From Octopus vulgaris (taxonomy: Eukaryota), in the NCBI GenBank assembly GCA_951406725.2, contig OX597814.1, positions 223,076,001 through 223,140,000 on the forward strand: a stretch of 64,000 bases of DNA, given 5' to 3'. A program made the position numbers and the translations under genes. Of the stretch, positions 12,072 through 26,319 are shown piece by piece (within the stretch, counting starts at the first letter, position 1; each line of letters begins with the position of its first letter). The notes under the pieces were generated by a model, which was not told where the DNA came from, did no database searches, and was given only the letters and a program-made list of their open reading frames with translations.

Positions 12072-14635
12072 GGTGTGAGAGGATGGTTAAGTAATAAGGG
12101 ACGGTGTGGGAGGCTGGTTGTTAAATAAAACGCACAATCACACACACATACACCCACACATACCACACACACATACATATGCACCCTCACACATACATAC
12201 GATTGCTCTCTCTCACTCTCACACACACACACACCACAAGGACAATTAAAACAACACAAACATACTCAGACAGACACAAAATATTTCTAAAAATGTGAAA
12301 CCGGTCAAGTGAATAAACACTTTTCAAATTGCATTTTCAAACCTTCTTTCATATATATTTCCACTCGTGCGGTACCTTATAATTTCACTTTGTTATATAT
12401 ATATATATATACGCTTCGTCCTTCTTCCCCCCTCTCTACCACATTTATTTGCCTTTCTTACTCACTTTTCACTTCACTATGTCCCTGTCTTTCTTTTTTT
12501 CTCGTCACTCCTTGATTCTTCTGTCTATCTGCTTCTACATTTCTCTTTCACTTTCTCTCTCTCTCTTATCCTCCCTCTCCTTAATTTTTTTGTTCCTATT
12601 TTTCTCTCTCTTCTCTTCTCACATGATCCATAGGCCAGACAGCTAGTTCTTTTACGTCTGAACGTGGTCACTGCCACATAGATATTCTTAGCCTCTGCCG
12701 TAAGGCTACATTTCCACACACGCCAGCTGAATGAATTCAATGCGTCCCCATTCGAAAGACGCCTGTTGTTATGTCCAGTTATTATCATTATTGTTATTAT
12801 TATCATTATTACTATTACTATTATTATTAGTATTATTATTATTATAGTATTTTTGTATTGATATTCGTGTAACATCGTCTGTTTTCCCGTTCTTCTTTTC
12901 TTATACATTAGATGCTTCTTTCCAAGGAATTTAATGCTCTTAGCTTAGTTTTTCCTTGGGGCTGGCCAGATCGGAGCAATCTCAAGATTAATCAGTCGAA
13001 ACAGCGAGGATGATCCGGTTCTTGACTGAGGATAAAAGGCTTCGAATGACCCGTGCTTGTTTCTTTCTATCGTCTATCTGGATGTTTTGCTGTCCCTTTT
13101 TGTATCATCTACTGGTCCGGATGTTTTGCGTTCTTGTCCCATCTTGTATTTTATTATATATATATATATATATATATATATTTTTATCAGTGTGATGAAA
13201 GTCAAGAATAATGTACATAGTACTTCGGTTTCTTTTCGACATTGTCTCTATAACTACTACAACGTCTGTATTATTTGAGAAAACGTTTAAAAAATATTTC
13301 ATGCAGAAATAGATCATCTGCGAAGGTCATAACTGATTTTATCGATGGATCATTTAAAGATTTATTACAAATTCCACATAGTCTGGGATCTTTAATCGCA
13401 TAAAGGGGAATACTTGAATGTCTGATTAGTTGTTGGCCCTGTGACATGATTCCATAATTTTCATTTTTGTCTCTTTGTAACAATGTTGCTTTCAGTCATG
13501 TGTTCATGCTAATAAAATATTGGAGTTGTTTTTCCATATCAAAAGCTTTTAGCTTTATCAAATTCTCGCAATAGCATTATGTCACGAGTTCCCATCGCAA
13601 AAATATGAGAAGATACACCATTAAATGCTTCAGCTTTTTACAAATGTCACTGGCTAATTGTTGATATTACTGTCATCATTGCAAGAATCAATGTTGGTGT
13701 GATTGACGGCTTCTCAACAAAGGAGTGATGTTTATCGAAACAAGCTTTCCCAAATCCAACAAAATGCTCGACTGAAATATTTTCTTGAACGCATTTGAAT
13801 TTGCGTTGTTGATCTGCATGTCAACCATTAAATGTATCAAAATTATCTTGCTCTCTTTGATTCAATGACAATTTTTAGCAGCTTTTTTCAGTTTATTATA
13901 CTTTATGATGTTTAGAAGTGATTCAAAATATTATTAAACATCTACAGGCCAACAAAGGATAAACTGATAAAAGAAAATATATTTCGTAAAATGTATGTTG
14001 AGCAGTCAGTGATACTTGTCCCTCTAAATGGTAATTTTCACCAAGCTGTGGAAGTCAATGATGTACTACAGAAGACTTATGACTGGAAGAATTATAATTG
14101 ATTAATTTTACCAAAGAAAAAGTATTGAAATGAACAACTGTTGACATGCAGCAGAAAATAATTTCCGATATGTGCAACACTATCTTTCATTCACGTTTGG
14201 ATTCTCAAATTGAGAAACCTTCGTCTTTCCCACTTTTACTTTCTTCCTACTTTATTTTCGGTCGTGTCTTTATTCCTTCTTACCTGTCAGGTATTTTTCT
14301 TTCTCATCACGAATATTTATCCATATGTATATGTGTAGAAATATAAGAAAGTGTTTCGATAGGAAATATATCAAAGGTTAATTATATCAATGCATACCTT
14401 ATTAAGTGCGATGCTGATATGGGTACAGAAACAAAAGGGAAAATTCCTGATAAAGGGAATATAGCTTTCACCAAAGAGAAAGAATTTTTCTAAGAAGTGT
14501 GCAGAAGGGGTGACAATTTTTCAATACGGTTAGAATATCTTACACAGTATATTAATTTCAATGAAACTAATATGACCGTATGCTATAACATTTCTACGAA
14601 AGACAAATATCTTCCTCCGCAGCCAGTACAGCTAT

Positions 14636-14886
14636 AATGGTATGGTCATAGCTGGAATGTCTTTTCAACATATGTTTTTACTTTACCTGAAGCTAAACAA
14701 CCTTATTATCTCGTGGAAGATACGAACTTCGGAAAATAAAATTTTAAGCAGTTTTATAAGTTTAAATACATACACCTATATAAATAATCAATTTACGTTT
14801 AGGGCCGGTATGTTTTATTTATTCAAGTTCAACAATGCTATTTTGCAACAAGTAAGTCAGTTAATAACTTCAACCCTGAACCAAAT
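14636..14886. repeat. 251-bp direct repeat, copy 1
   Basis: AATGGTATGGTCATAGCTGG...CCCTGAACCAAAT, near identical to 15858-16108. Confidence 0.9.
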
Positions 14887-15857
14887 ATATAGAATAAATG
14901 AAAGTATCATTCTGGAAAAAAAAATTTTCAAAGTAAATAATTTGATTTCTAGGAAAGCTGACAATACATACATATTATGGCGAAAAGATGTCAATTCAAA
15001 TGGTTGAGATCAAGGTCAAAGTGAATCTAGAGCTGTTATATATTGTAAACGAAGTAAACACCCAACTAAATCAATACATAATAATAAGCATGCTATTTTT
15101 TCGACAAGATATAAATTTATATTTTCACGCATACACATACGCGAAACATGAAGATGCTTAAATTGTCAGACTACAGTATTGCGGTGGTCGGAAATAGTAT
15201 TATAAATTCATGATTTACTGACATCAGTCGCATAATTCGTCCCAAATTCACGTATTTTTACAGCTACATGGATCCAGCATGCAATAATAGACTGATCAGA
15301 ATATGAAAGACTAAGGAAAGATCCGTTGATTGAGCACTATCCGTACAGTCAACAAGTGATCGAAGCGATTCGCATTAAATGCCTTCTTTTCTTCCTTTTC
15401 CATACAATTTTAGTGACTGCGAATAGACCACTCCATAATTTGCATATGTGTAGGCGAGTTATGTTAAACTTGTGCTTGTAAATGATTTTGATCCATATCT
15501 AAGGTTATGAAGCCAAAAGATGGAGAGAAAAATATCAGCTTAAATATTTTGAGTAATGAGAATTTCTCAACTGTATCGTTCTCTTCTTTCTCACTATGCC
15601 ATATATACACATTAATTCATCTTCCATTATGCATTAATTTAATCTATTTTCCCATGTGAAATATGTATTTAAGGAAGAAGGAAGACATATGCGAATAAGA
15701 AATTAGCACAGTAACTGTCAGCTTATCCTGCTAGTTTCAAATATAGAATTGCTGTCACTTCAATGCGAAGAATCTAAGTGGCCGTTCGACTTGTTGGAAA
15801 TTGCAGCTAAATCTCCATCAGACCATATTCTACTCTGTTTAGTTTGTACTACCCGAC

Positions 15858-16108
15858 AATGGTATGGTCATAGCTGGAATGTCTTTTCAACATATGTTTT
15901 TACTTTACCTGAAGCTAAACAACCTCATTATCCCGTGGAAGATACGTACTTCGGAAAATAAAATTTTAAGCAGTTTTATAAGTTTAAATACATACACCAA
16001 TATAAATAATCAATTTACGTTTAGGGCCGGTATGTTTTATTTATTCAAGTTCAACAATGCTATTTTGCAACAGGTAAGTCAGTTAATAACTTCAACCCTG
16101 AACCAAAT
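15858..16108. repeat. 251-bp direct repeat, copy 2
   Basis: Matches 14636-14886. Confidence 0.9.
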
Positions 16109-19100
16109 CTATTCTACGTCATTCAGTGGGATAACTTTGATTTGTATGTCCACCATGAAATGCATAAAAATTGTGCTGCTGTGCTTGATTCAATTATGCT
16201 TTGTAACTGTTTGTTTCGATTTATTATCCGTTATGATGCTTAGAAGTGATTCAAAATACTATTAAAAATATACAGACGAACACGGTATAAGATGAAAGAA
16301 AGTCTATCAAAAGTTTCACCTAAAACACAGCTGTTGGAGAGAAAGAGCCCTCTCAAAATTGTCTGGACATGGGCAAAATAATTGTAAATCAAATTATTTC
16401 ATTTCAGTTTGTAATTTTATATTAAAAAATCAAAGTAGTCACAAAGTCATACAGTAAGCTCATATCCGATGTTTGAAGGGTAGTAATATTTAAATGCAAA
16501 TGTATTGAAGATTTTAATTTGTTCACTTTATATGCTTTGTCCGAATTCATTGGTCAAAAGTATTATTCGTCGAAGTCAAATTTTTAATATTCCCAAATCT
16601 GTACTAAATATCTATAACGAAGTCTAAAAACAATACGAAGCATTCATTTGCAGATGTTTGTGGAAGAATATAATTCGTTCATGGAATATTTATCATTTAT
16701 CTGTGTTGCTTTTAAGCTGTATTGCTATCAGAGTTCTGAGCCAGCTCGTTTGCTTCATCCCAAATTATGATTAATACACAATTTGCGTGTTTGCATATGG
16801 TTTTGAAGAAGCTGAGTGGAGTAAGAAGCCGTTAACAGATTTACACTACTTTATAATCTATGGAGAAATCGACGGCGGACTTGTTTAGCAGCATATTCCA
16901 AACTGTACTGGCTTTTTATATGTATACTTTTTTCTTAGAATAACTACTTGTGCAGATACATTCTGCATGACTACATGTACTACTAAGTTTCTGGGCGTCA
17001 ATATAGTCACTGTAAAAGTTCATATATAATTACGTAGTTCTTTGAATTAACACATGTGAGGCAAACTAGCATAAAGTGATATAACTTTATCTAGAGTTCC
17101 GAGAAAAGAACTTGGTTTGAACTTTTCCATTTAACTCATTCTTCAATTAAAACTATATTTTAAACATATTCGCTTCTACAATGAGTAGAAAATTCATTTG
17201 TGGCAGTTTCTTTAATCATTGCAGACTTCGTTTCTAACCGACTTGTTGCTTGTTCTATACTGTGACTAATCGAATCACATATTTATTCATAACCCTATGC
17301 TTTTAAATATCGGAGAAATAATCTTAAGGAATTATTTATCCCTCGTCTTTGTTCAAAGTAGTACTCTGAATGTTATGGATCGTTTCGCTGCATAACTGTT
17401 TATTCCAGCATATAGAAAAGATAAAGAAAATTTATCAGTTTAACAGGTATAATTTGTAGAGTCAACGCGTATGCAATGCACTTAACCCTATTCATTTTAG
17501 CTATCATCTTATTATAGAGCGTCTTCATAAAGACTTTATCAAATCGTTACGCATGTTACAGCACGTTGCATTTCAGTCTCGGGTAATAGATACTGCTTTA
17601 CTCAAGTATGATGTATGACAAACAACGTAATATCTTAAAAAAACAATGGCTATTATTTTTATTTATTTATACTTGAAGAACACTAATCTGTACCCCTCCT
17701 TTGTTTTGTTTTTTTCGAACAATGAAGTGCGCCAACGTTACGAGTTAGAACCATCCCATTTGACATTCTTTATCATTTCCGAAATTATTAGGCCAAGCAA
17801 GAAACATTTTTCATTGGACTAAAAAAATTGACAAGGAAAAGACCTCTCTGCATATTTATGTGAGTTTCACTTTACGTGTATGAATCTTTATGAAATGTTC
17901 GAAACCATTTATTGGATCACACCAGCCATCGGACCGATTTGCATAAATCAAAGAAGAGGAACGAATCAGTGTTGTTTGTGGTGAACCAGCCATGACGGGT
18001 TTCGCAAATACGTTTAACTCATTTATTCTACATTGTTACTGTAGAATGACATCCAGCTTCATCCCTTAAGAAACAGACAAAACTATTTTGAATATCAAGG
18101 TTTCTTTCAAAGATAACAGCTATGAATCTACTGGGTATTCTGTATGTGCATCAATGATCGCTTATAATCTTACTGTATCATAATTTTGTTGACGATAGTC
18201 TCTTCAACTTCCACTGCCTGTGCACCCACCACAGTTATTTTATTGTCAGTAACTACTAAGCTTAAATTAGATACTTGTAAGCTTTAAGCTTGTTTCATCT
18301 CTGATGCAACCATAGCAGCCCCGTCTCGATGTTCTGGGCTGATAATAGGTACCAAGCGCTCAGAGAATTACATCTCTGGCGCATTGGATATTGTGAATTT
18401 GCCGAGTGATAAGTAAGCTTTCAATCGCTAATATCTTAAAACATATTTTATTCAATTAACAACTTATTCTATTTTCTATTTGTATCACCGAGCTTGTTTC
18501 TTCTCCTCTTTTACTGCATCCTATTTCTAATCAGAAAAGAAGTATATAGTATTTCAAGCATATAACATCAAACTTTAACTGAAAATTGCTTTGCAATATA
18601 GAATAGAAAATATGTAGCTTACTACGACACAAATTCTATGCAACTCTGTTATGAGAGGGTCTGCAGCAGCAGTAATTCACGAAGCAATTATTTAGTTGTT
18701 TGTAGCACTGCAGGCAGTATTAGTGTATGACAAGAATATATTATAATATTTTGATATGGGCCAATGAAATTTGTTTCTTAATCGACTTCCTTCTTTCAAC
18801 AAACAAGTTATATAAGTGCAATTCTTTTTCAACAGCAGTATGCGAAATATATTATTGGTTATAGTATCCAACATTTGTTAATTTCAGTATAGACATATTA
18901 GGCGTGAAACTTACACATATTCGGAATTGGAACTTGTGAACTCCTACTCGATCACGTATTATCAGAAAGAAGGTTATGGTCTCAATCTTTGGGGTGTTTT
19001 CTTATAGTTCAGGGGACTAGTGATGCCAAATGCATCGCAGAAACCTTGGAAGGTTGATAAAAAAAAAGTAATGAATTCACAAAAGTTTCCAAGATTATCC

Positions 19101-19387
19101 GCCAAATTTGTAAAAATACAAATAAACATGAGATTCACCTTTTATTGTTGTCAAAGGAAGCAGAAACATGTTTTATAATGTTCAAAAGATGCTGCGTTGG
19201 TAGAATTGGTTCAGAGGAGGGAATGGTCGTAACACCTGCAGTACAAATAGTGATGCCACCGACAATATAATTAATATCAAGTTCCATACAGCTCTGTTTG
19301 AGGGTCCTTATTTGTAATGATCACATTTTACTTGGAATATCATGAACATTAAATATAAATCAGGGGTCTTATCCGGAACAGTCAATC

Positions 19388-20310
19388 GTTAGTTAGTTAG
19401 TTAATTTTTTGGCTAAAAAAGCAAAAAGCAAAGCCATGTAGGGGTTACATGGAGTTATGTACATGGTGGTGTTCATGTAAAGAGTTCAGGCCACTTGTGG
19501 TCAAGGGAGACTTTGAACCGAGCGGTCATCGGCATCTTCACCATCTCGTCCGGCAGCTTATTCCACGGATCCGCAACCCGGACGGAGAAAGCCCCTCTCC
19601 TTCGATTGAGATGAAATCGTCGAAGATAGAGCTTTTCGGAATGACCTCGCAGCCGACGCTCTGGAGCAGGAGTGAAGAACAGCTCTTTCTAGAGGTTACA
19701 CTTTCCGCTTATGATGTTGTGAGCAAGAATGAGATCACCACGGCGTTGTCGTTTTTCTAGAGAATAAAGGTCGAGCGTCTTCAGCCTTTCTTCATAAGAC
19801 AAATTTTTGAGACCAAGAACCATGCGGGTAGCCAGCTTCTGGACTCTTTCGAGGTGCTGTATGTCTTTGAGGAGATAAGGAGAAGAGGCTTGAATCTCGT
19901 ACTCCAATATGGGTCTTACCAGCGTGACATAGAGCGGTAGGAATATGGCTGCTGTGAGCATTCCGAATGACCGTCGAATCAAGAACAGAATTCCGCGTGC
20001 TTTGTTGGCAGCATGGACGCACTGGACCGAAGGCGAAAAGGAGGAATCCACCAAGATACCCAGGTCCTTTACCCGGTCGGTCCTCTCCAGCAGCGGACGA
20101 CCCGGCTCGAAATCAAGTTGAGTTGCAGGAGGAGAGCCAACAGGCAGATGACAGCACTTTGACACGTTCAGACCATCTCCAAATTTGGTGGAGGCATCGA
20201 CGAAGATCCTCTATATCACCGCGAGGAGCGACCAGTTTGACATCGTCGGCAAATAGAAGCGTGTGTTGCGTGAGGTCGTCGGGCAAGTCATTTATGAAGA
20301 CTAAGAACAA
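19388..20310 (-). mobile_element. CR1-group LINE, 5'-truncated RT/3' end
   Basis: FLVFINDLP...LLFADDVKL, KDLGILVD, LYVTLVRPILEY, LERVQKLATRMV, RRGDLI; (TAAC)n tail on the minus strand. Confidence 0.9.
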
Positions 20311-21659
20311 TACTTATCTTCTTTAAAAAGTGGGATTTCTATTGCGGCAAAACAGATTACGTGGAACATATGTGTACCTAGCTTTCAAGGGACTTCATAA
20401 TCTGTTGATGGATACTCTCATCACGAGAGGCCGTGTAATTGACTCAGTTGCCTGACAATAGATATGTCAACTAAGAAAGTGGGTTAGTGTGTTTTAAATC
20501 AATTTTTGTTAAACATACGAAATATGTGTATAAATTAGTGTCATATTTTGTTTGGGAACATTTAAGTGCAAAGTCTTCATATACTAATCAATTCTGCTCT
20601 TCTTAGTGTGATGTTATCAGAATTTGTCTTCTTGCATTAAAATTTAAGTATTAATATTCAGTAAAATTGGCAGCTCTCCAGACAACAAAAGAAAACTGTC
20701 TCCATTCATTTGTACTGAATCTTCAAAATAAACAAGTCTTGATCATTTCAAAATTCAAAATATACAACAATCAGACAAGATGAAGTCTTTGATTCAGTTC
20801 ATTATTTTGAAAACAACATTGTTATTATTTTACACTTACCGCGACGTTCAATACTTTAAGTAGGTGAGAATTTGCATGTAATTTTCATATTATTACCAGG
20901 AGTATCAGAGGCGAATACGAACTAACTCACCATCAATTAGAACCACACACTATATGCTTGTCTCATTTGAAGGTGAAATTAACTCTATTAACGTGGTGCT
21001 CAATGAACATAATACCTAAAACCTTGCTATATAATAAATGTTTATACATCGGAGGCGGTTGTTACGAACGCCTATTGATTTATCAACGGATAAATACAAA
21101 CATACATGTATGAAACGAAAGACATGGGCTAGATTGTGTGATAGAGAAATAAGTATATCTATTTAAATAGCACATATACATATGAATATAACGCTTAGAA
21201 CAGGGCATACATAGTCATGTGGGGGGTAAATATATTTTCATCCTATTTCATAGTTTATGTCGAACAGTAGAAAAAATGGAAAACATTATTAGTCTCATAT
21301 TTACAATGCTTCAACCATAAATGTCAATCAAATGTATGCTCAAAGTAATAGCCATTCTTTTTTTGGCAATTAACTGTTTCATGACACTGCAGTATGAAAG
21401 AAACTATGCAAGAATAGAAATGAGGTTTAGCACGGGAAAGAAAAGGAAAGCAAAGAAAACGCTAAATTTGGTATTTAAATTTAGTTGAATTACAATAATT
21501 GTATGTATACCAAATTTCCTGATGTCATCCTTGGAGGCAAACGTACAATTTCATATAAGAGTTAACACTTTATATATATAATCAATCAATATTTCTTATT
21601 GAAAATTCAACAAAGTGATATGAATACTAGTTAAAAAAAGGCGTGTAGTCAGACATAGT

Positions 21660-22390
21660 TTATTAAGGGTTTCCATTCCTTTTCATCTTCAGCCGCTAAA
21701 AGTATTTTACTGAGCGACATCCCGCAGTCTGCCCTCATCATAAGGTGGTAATTTGTTCTTGGTTGCGCTTTCCTCTTTGTAGGATGTCAAGCAGCAGACA
21801 CTGTCGATTGCATTCATTGGATGGGTGTCGTTGCTGGTGACCAATCCATCTAATCCGGTATTCTTTTATCCTTCTACTCATTTGCCTTACGTCAGGCATC
21901 TGAAACGTGATCGTTGTAGGATATTTGACATATTTTCCACAATTTCTTGTGTGAAAAGTGTTCAGCATGGCCCTTTGCCGATTCGTATTCGTTACCCATG
22001 TCTTGCATCCATATGTAAAAATCAGAAGGCATAGTTTTGTACATGTTTATCTCCGTTGTTGGGTTGATGCCAGACGACCGCTGGTGTTCAGGCTGCGGCA
22101 TAGCTTCCCCTGTCGCACTCCTTCTGTCTATAATGTCACTCTCTGAGTTGTGAGAGAGATCAGTTGCAGTCCATCCAAGGTAAGTGAACTAGTCAACCCT
22201 GGATAGTTGCTTTCTATTTGCCAGGACGCCCGTTGTTTCATCTATGTTTATTCTAATGATGATGTACTCTGTCTTTGATTCGTTTATTTCTAGCTCCACA
22301 GTATTTGCTTCTCACATAACACGATCCGTGTAGTCCTCTACTTCTATGAGGCTAGGAGCAAAGAGAGCTATATCATTTGCAACTGACTCC
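21660..22390 (-). mobile_element. Decayed RTE-group LINE 3' fragment
   Basis: Minus-strand remnants ANDIALF, GLEINESKTEY, YGCKTW and RIRWIGH. Confidence 0.65.
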
Positions 22391-23114
22391 TATAGCGAAT
22401 TCCATCTTCTGCGTGGATTACATCATTCATCATATGATCCCACCAACACAAAGAAACTTATAGAGCAGTGAAGATGCTGAAGAAAGGAAGCCGAGAGTAA
22501 GATGTTCAACAGGTTTGCGATGAGCATGGACATCTATTGAATTGCATTTATATATATAAATATAAATGCATATACATATTTTCTCCGGCGAGTTAACTTG
22601 GGATTCCTTAAGTTCAATGTAACCTTCATTTAACAAAAATTTCTTCGGTGTGATGATTAGCTAGTGGAATACCCCTCATTGAGTAATTATTACCTCCGAG
22701 GTTCTGCTAATTAGGAAACATATGTAGCCTGGAGTTTACCTGCTCCATTCCTTCAATTTGGATTTTTATTCGCTTTCATAGCAACCTAGATGCTAATCGT
22801 GAACTATGAAAAAGCTTTTTACAGCTTATCGAACTTCGATCTGAGAAGACCTCACAACTTCCTATGCGAATAAAGTTGCTGAAAGTTGTTTTCTTATACC
22901 TAACACGGACTACTGGAAGCCCTGTGTGTGTGTGCGCGAGCGCGCATTCGCATATAGAATATATATATATATACATGTATATGCATGTATGTATGCATGT
23001 ATGTATGTATGTATGTATGTATGTATGTATGTATGTATGTATGTATGTATATAGGAGAAATATAAAAGGGGCAAAAATGCCGGAGAATCAATATACACCA
23101 CGCGGCAAAATTAT

Positions 23115-24130
23115 GAAGTGAAAATATGTGGAAAACATATATAAAAAAAGGCAGAAGAGAAACACAATTGTACAAAATCTCTGTTCACACCAGCAATTTA
23201 AAAATGCAGACGACCTAATTGTGGTACATGTCCAAGCCTAACTGAAGGCTTGGAATTCACATTCCACCCAGGAGAAATATCTTTAATTAAAACCAACTTC
23301 CCATGTGCATTTCAGAACCTGATTTATGTCCTAACCTGCTCAGGTTCTGGCCACATATTTTTCCGTTATCCTAATGCAAAGATTGAATCTTCTTACAAGA
23401 ACACCTAAAGAAGGGAAACCTGTTTATACAAAAGTACAGGCCACACCATAATAGACAAACTACACATTCCTTAAAAATAAAATTAAAGAATAAAATCTCA
23501 AAATGTGAACGTTTCACTCAATTTATTGGCCAATATATATATATATATATATATACATATTTCTTTGGCTTATTTAATTTATATTACATTATATTGCCCA
23601 AGGATTTTTCCTTTGTCTATACTAATTCAATATTGACAAAATGTGGAACTAGTATTTTAAATTACACACAAACGTACAGATAAACATACTTCTAGTATAT
23701 ATTATGAACTGAAAGAGACTTTTTGTACATTCCAATTTCAATTTCAATTTCCTTTTTCACAATTTTTCAAAATTGCAATTATTCTTATTTTTTCACATTT
23801 CCTGTGGAAATTACCACTCATTTCATATTCAATAACGCTGAGGAGGTAGGTGTCTCCCTTGCCACCTGTTGCCTCCCTTTATCCATTCTCTCCACTCATT
23901 TTTACTACTCCAGAAATCCAAAATGGCGTGATCTCAAGGAATTATCTTTTCACTATGACCCTTGAAAAGATAATTTAAATAGGGAAAGCCGGTTGGATAT
24001 CACTACATTTTATGAGACTTTTACCATCCATAAAATATGTATGTATATATTTTTATAAAAAGATATTAAAACTATGGGAGATGAAGACATTTCTCTTCCG
24101 CCTTTTTATTGGTTTCCACATATTTTCATA
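23115..24130 (+). mobile_element. Decayed 5'-truncated PLE (GIY-YIG remnant) with inverted partial pLTR
   Basis: 23202-23355 translates KCRRPNCGTCPSLTEGLEFTFHPGEISLIKTNFPCAFQNLIYVLTCSG, homologous to the intact PLE C-terminus. 23118-23163 is the reverse complement of ~24090-24129. Confidence 0.85.
23958..23998 (+). ncRNA. Degenerate U3-A8 hammerhead-like motif
   Basis: ACCC-TTGAAAA-(decayed stem II)-GAAA-GCCGG-TT-GGAT, same architecture as 3835-3875. Confidence 0.45.
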
Positions 24131-24167
24131 TATATATATATATATATATATATTTCCACATATTTTC

Positions 24168-24203
<36 letters not shown>

Positions 24204-24666
24204 TTGTGGGTGGATGCATGTTTATGTATAATATATATGATATATACTCTTTATATAAAAGATATATAGATATGTTTACACAATATTTGTGTAAATATAT
24301 TTTATATGCACTCTAGAATATATTTGCATAAAGGAGTAAATACTTGATATATCACGTGATCAAGTGATCAAAGCAGACTGTGAGATGTTGTTATACATCG
24401 CTAGTAACAAAACGCTTTGCATCGTTTGAGCTTTTGAATAGCACCAGGCTGGTTAGGCGAGCAGACCAAAATTCGCTCTGTCCGAAGGCTAGTCTGCCTG
24501 ACCTCTATCCATTTACACCTGAGACGACTGAAGCAACGTGGAATTAAGTGTTTTGCCCAAGTTCACAACGCGCAGCCGGACTGAGAATAGAAAACACGAT
24601 CGTAATTGCAGCAAGCTTATATACTAGGCCATGCACTTGACAAAAACTCATGAAATAACTGAATGA

Positions 24667-24940
24667 CATACATACATACATACATACATACATACATACA
24701 TACATACATACACACATACATACACACATACACACATACATACATACATACATACACACATACATACATACACTCATACATAAATACATACATACATAAA
24801 TACATACATATATACATACATACACACATACATAAATACATACATACATAAATACATACATACATACATACATACATACATACATACATACACACATACA
24901 TACATACATACATACATAAATACATACATACATAAATACA

Positions 24941-24974
<34 letters not shown>

Positions 24975-25020
24975 CATACATACATACATACATATATACA
25001 TACATACATACATACATACA

Positions 25021-25054
<34 letters not shown>

Positions 25055-25487
25055 CATACATACATACATATATACATACAAACATACATATATACATACA
25101 TACATACATACATATATACATACATACATACATACATATATACATACATACATACATACATGCATATATGCATACATACATACATACATACATACATGCA
25201 TACATATATACATACAAACATACATACATACATACATACATACATACATACATCATGCATACATATATACATACATACATACATATATACATACATACAT
25301 ACATATATACATACATACATACACTCATACATACATATATACATACATAAATACATACATACATACATACATGCATGCATATATACATACATACATACAT
25401 ATATACATACATATATACATACATGCATACATATATACATACATACATACATATATACATACATACATACATACATACATACATACA
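24667..25487. repeat. Long imperfect (TACA)n microsatellite
   Basis: Direct reading, ~820 bp. Confidence 0.95.
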
Positions 25488-26319
25488 TGGAGGAAAGAAT
25501 ATAAAGAATACTCAATACTGTCAGAGAGATTAATGACATTTGGATGTTGTTTGCCTCATGCTACTCTGAGTTTCAACAGGAGTCACACATAAACGTTTGC
25601 AGAATTCTTTGATCAATCTCGGTGAGGAAATACACAGACTATGTAAAGTAATGTGAATGAATGGAAACAAAACGAGAAATGATTTTGTATAACTTTATAT
25701 AAGTTTTTGTTTTCATAATATTTCGGCCAAATGCTTATTCTCAAATGGATGAAATAGAATACTTAAAAGTGTTCAGAGACGAAAGCATTGCTTGAAAACC
25801 TGTATTGCTGATTGCACTTGGATATGTTAGGCCGAACTATTAGCAGTAGGTAGAGTGATGTGACAACAGGAGATCTGGTGGTTGATATAGCATGATAAGT
25901 TAGCGTGCATATGAAGGACGAGTGGGGAAGCTAACTAAACGAGAGCTAAAATTGAATGTAATATTAGACAGTAGGTAATGCGTATGTAGTATTTGTTTGT
26001 TCAAATAGGCAAGCTAATACAACGCTGTTCAGTTTCATTTGTTAAAATACAATATGATCAATGTGCGTGAGAAAAGTCGAGTAGTTAAAAGGCAGTTTAA
26101 GTGAGGTAATTAGAAAGACCAGTGTAGATTGGTTTTGTTGCTGACTTCTGGTTCTTGTCATTTGATGAGAGTATCCTCCTTGATTCTAAAGTTATCAATA
26201 TTCCAGTCAGTAGCTATGGTATATACATTTCCCTATATATCTCCTAACATGTTACTTGATGGAGTTATAGAAATTCGGGATTTGCTGTCGCGTTTGTCGC
26301 AGTTTACTCGATGCAATAC

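Noticed and set aside
12261-12311. Plus-strand hammerhead at GAAA-CCGG-TC
   Set aside because: The upstream CUGANGA box is not recognisable (CAGACAGA) and the stems are weak, so it is not called as a feature.
18185-18245. Possible P-loop (ITVVGAQ...) on the minus strand
   Set aside because: Needs invented indels to give GxxxxGKS; no supporting motifs nearby.
24544-25539. 331-aa and overlapping MYVC/YIHT ORFs, and the many YIYI, poly-Y, poly-I and poly-H ORFs elsewhere
   Set aside because: These are translations of (TACA)n, (TA)n, (TTA)n and (GAT)n microsatellites, not genes.
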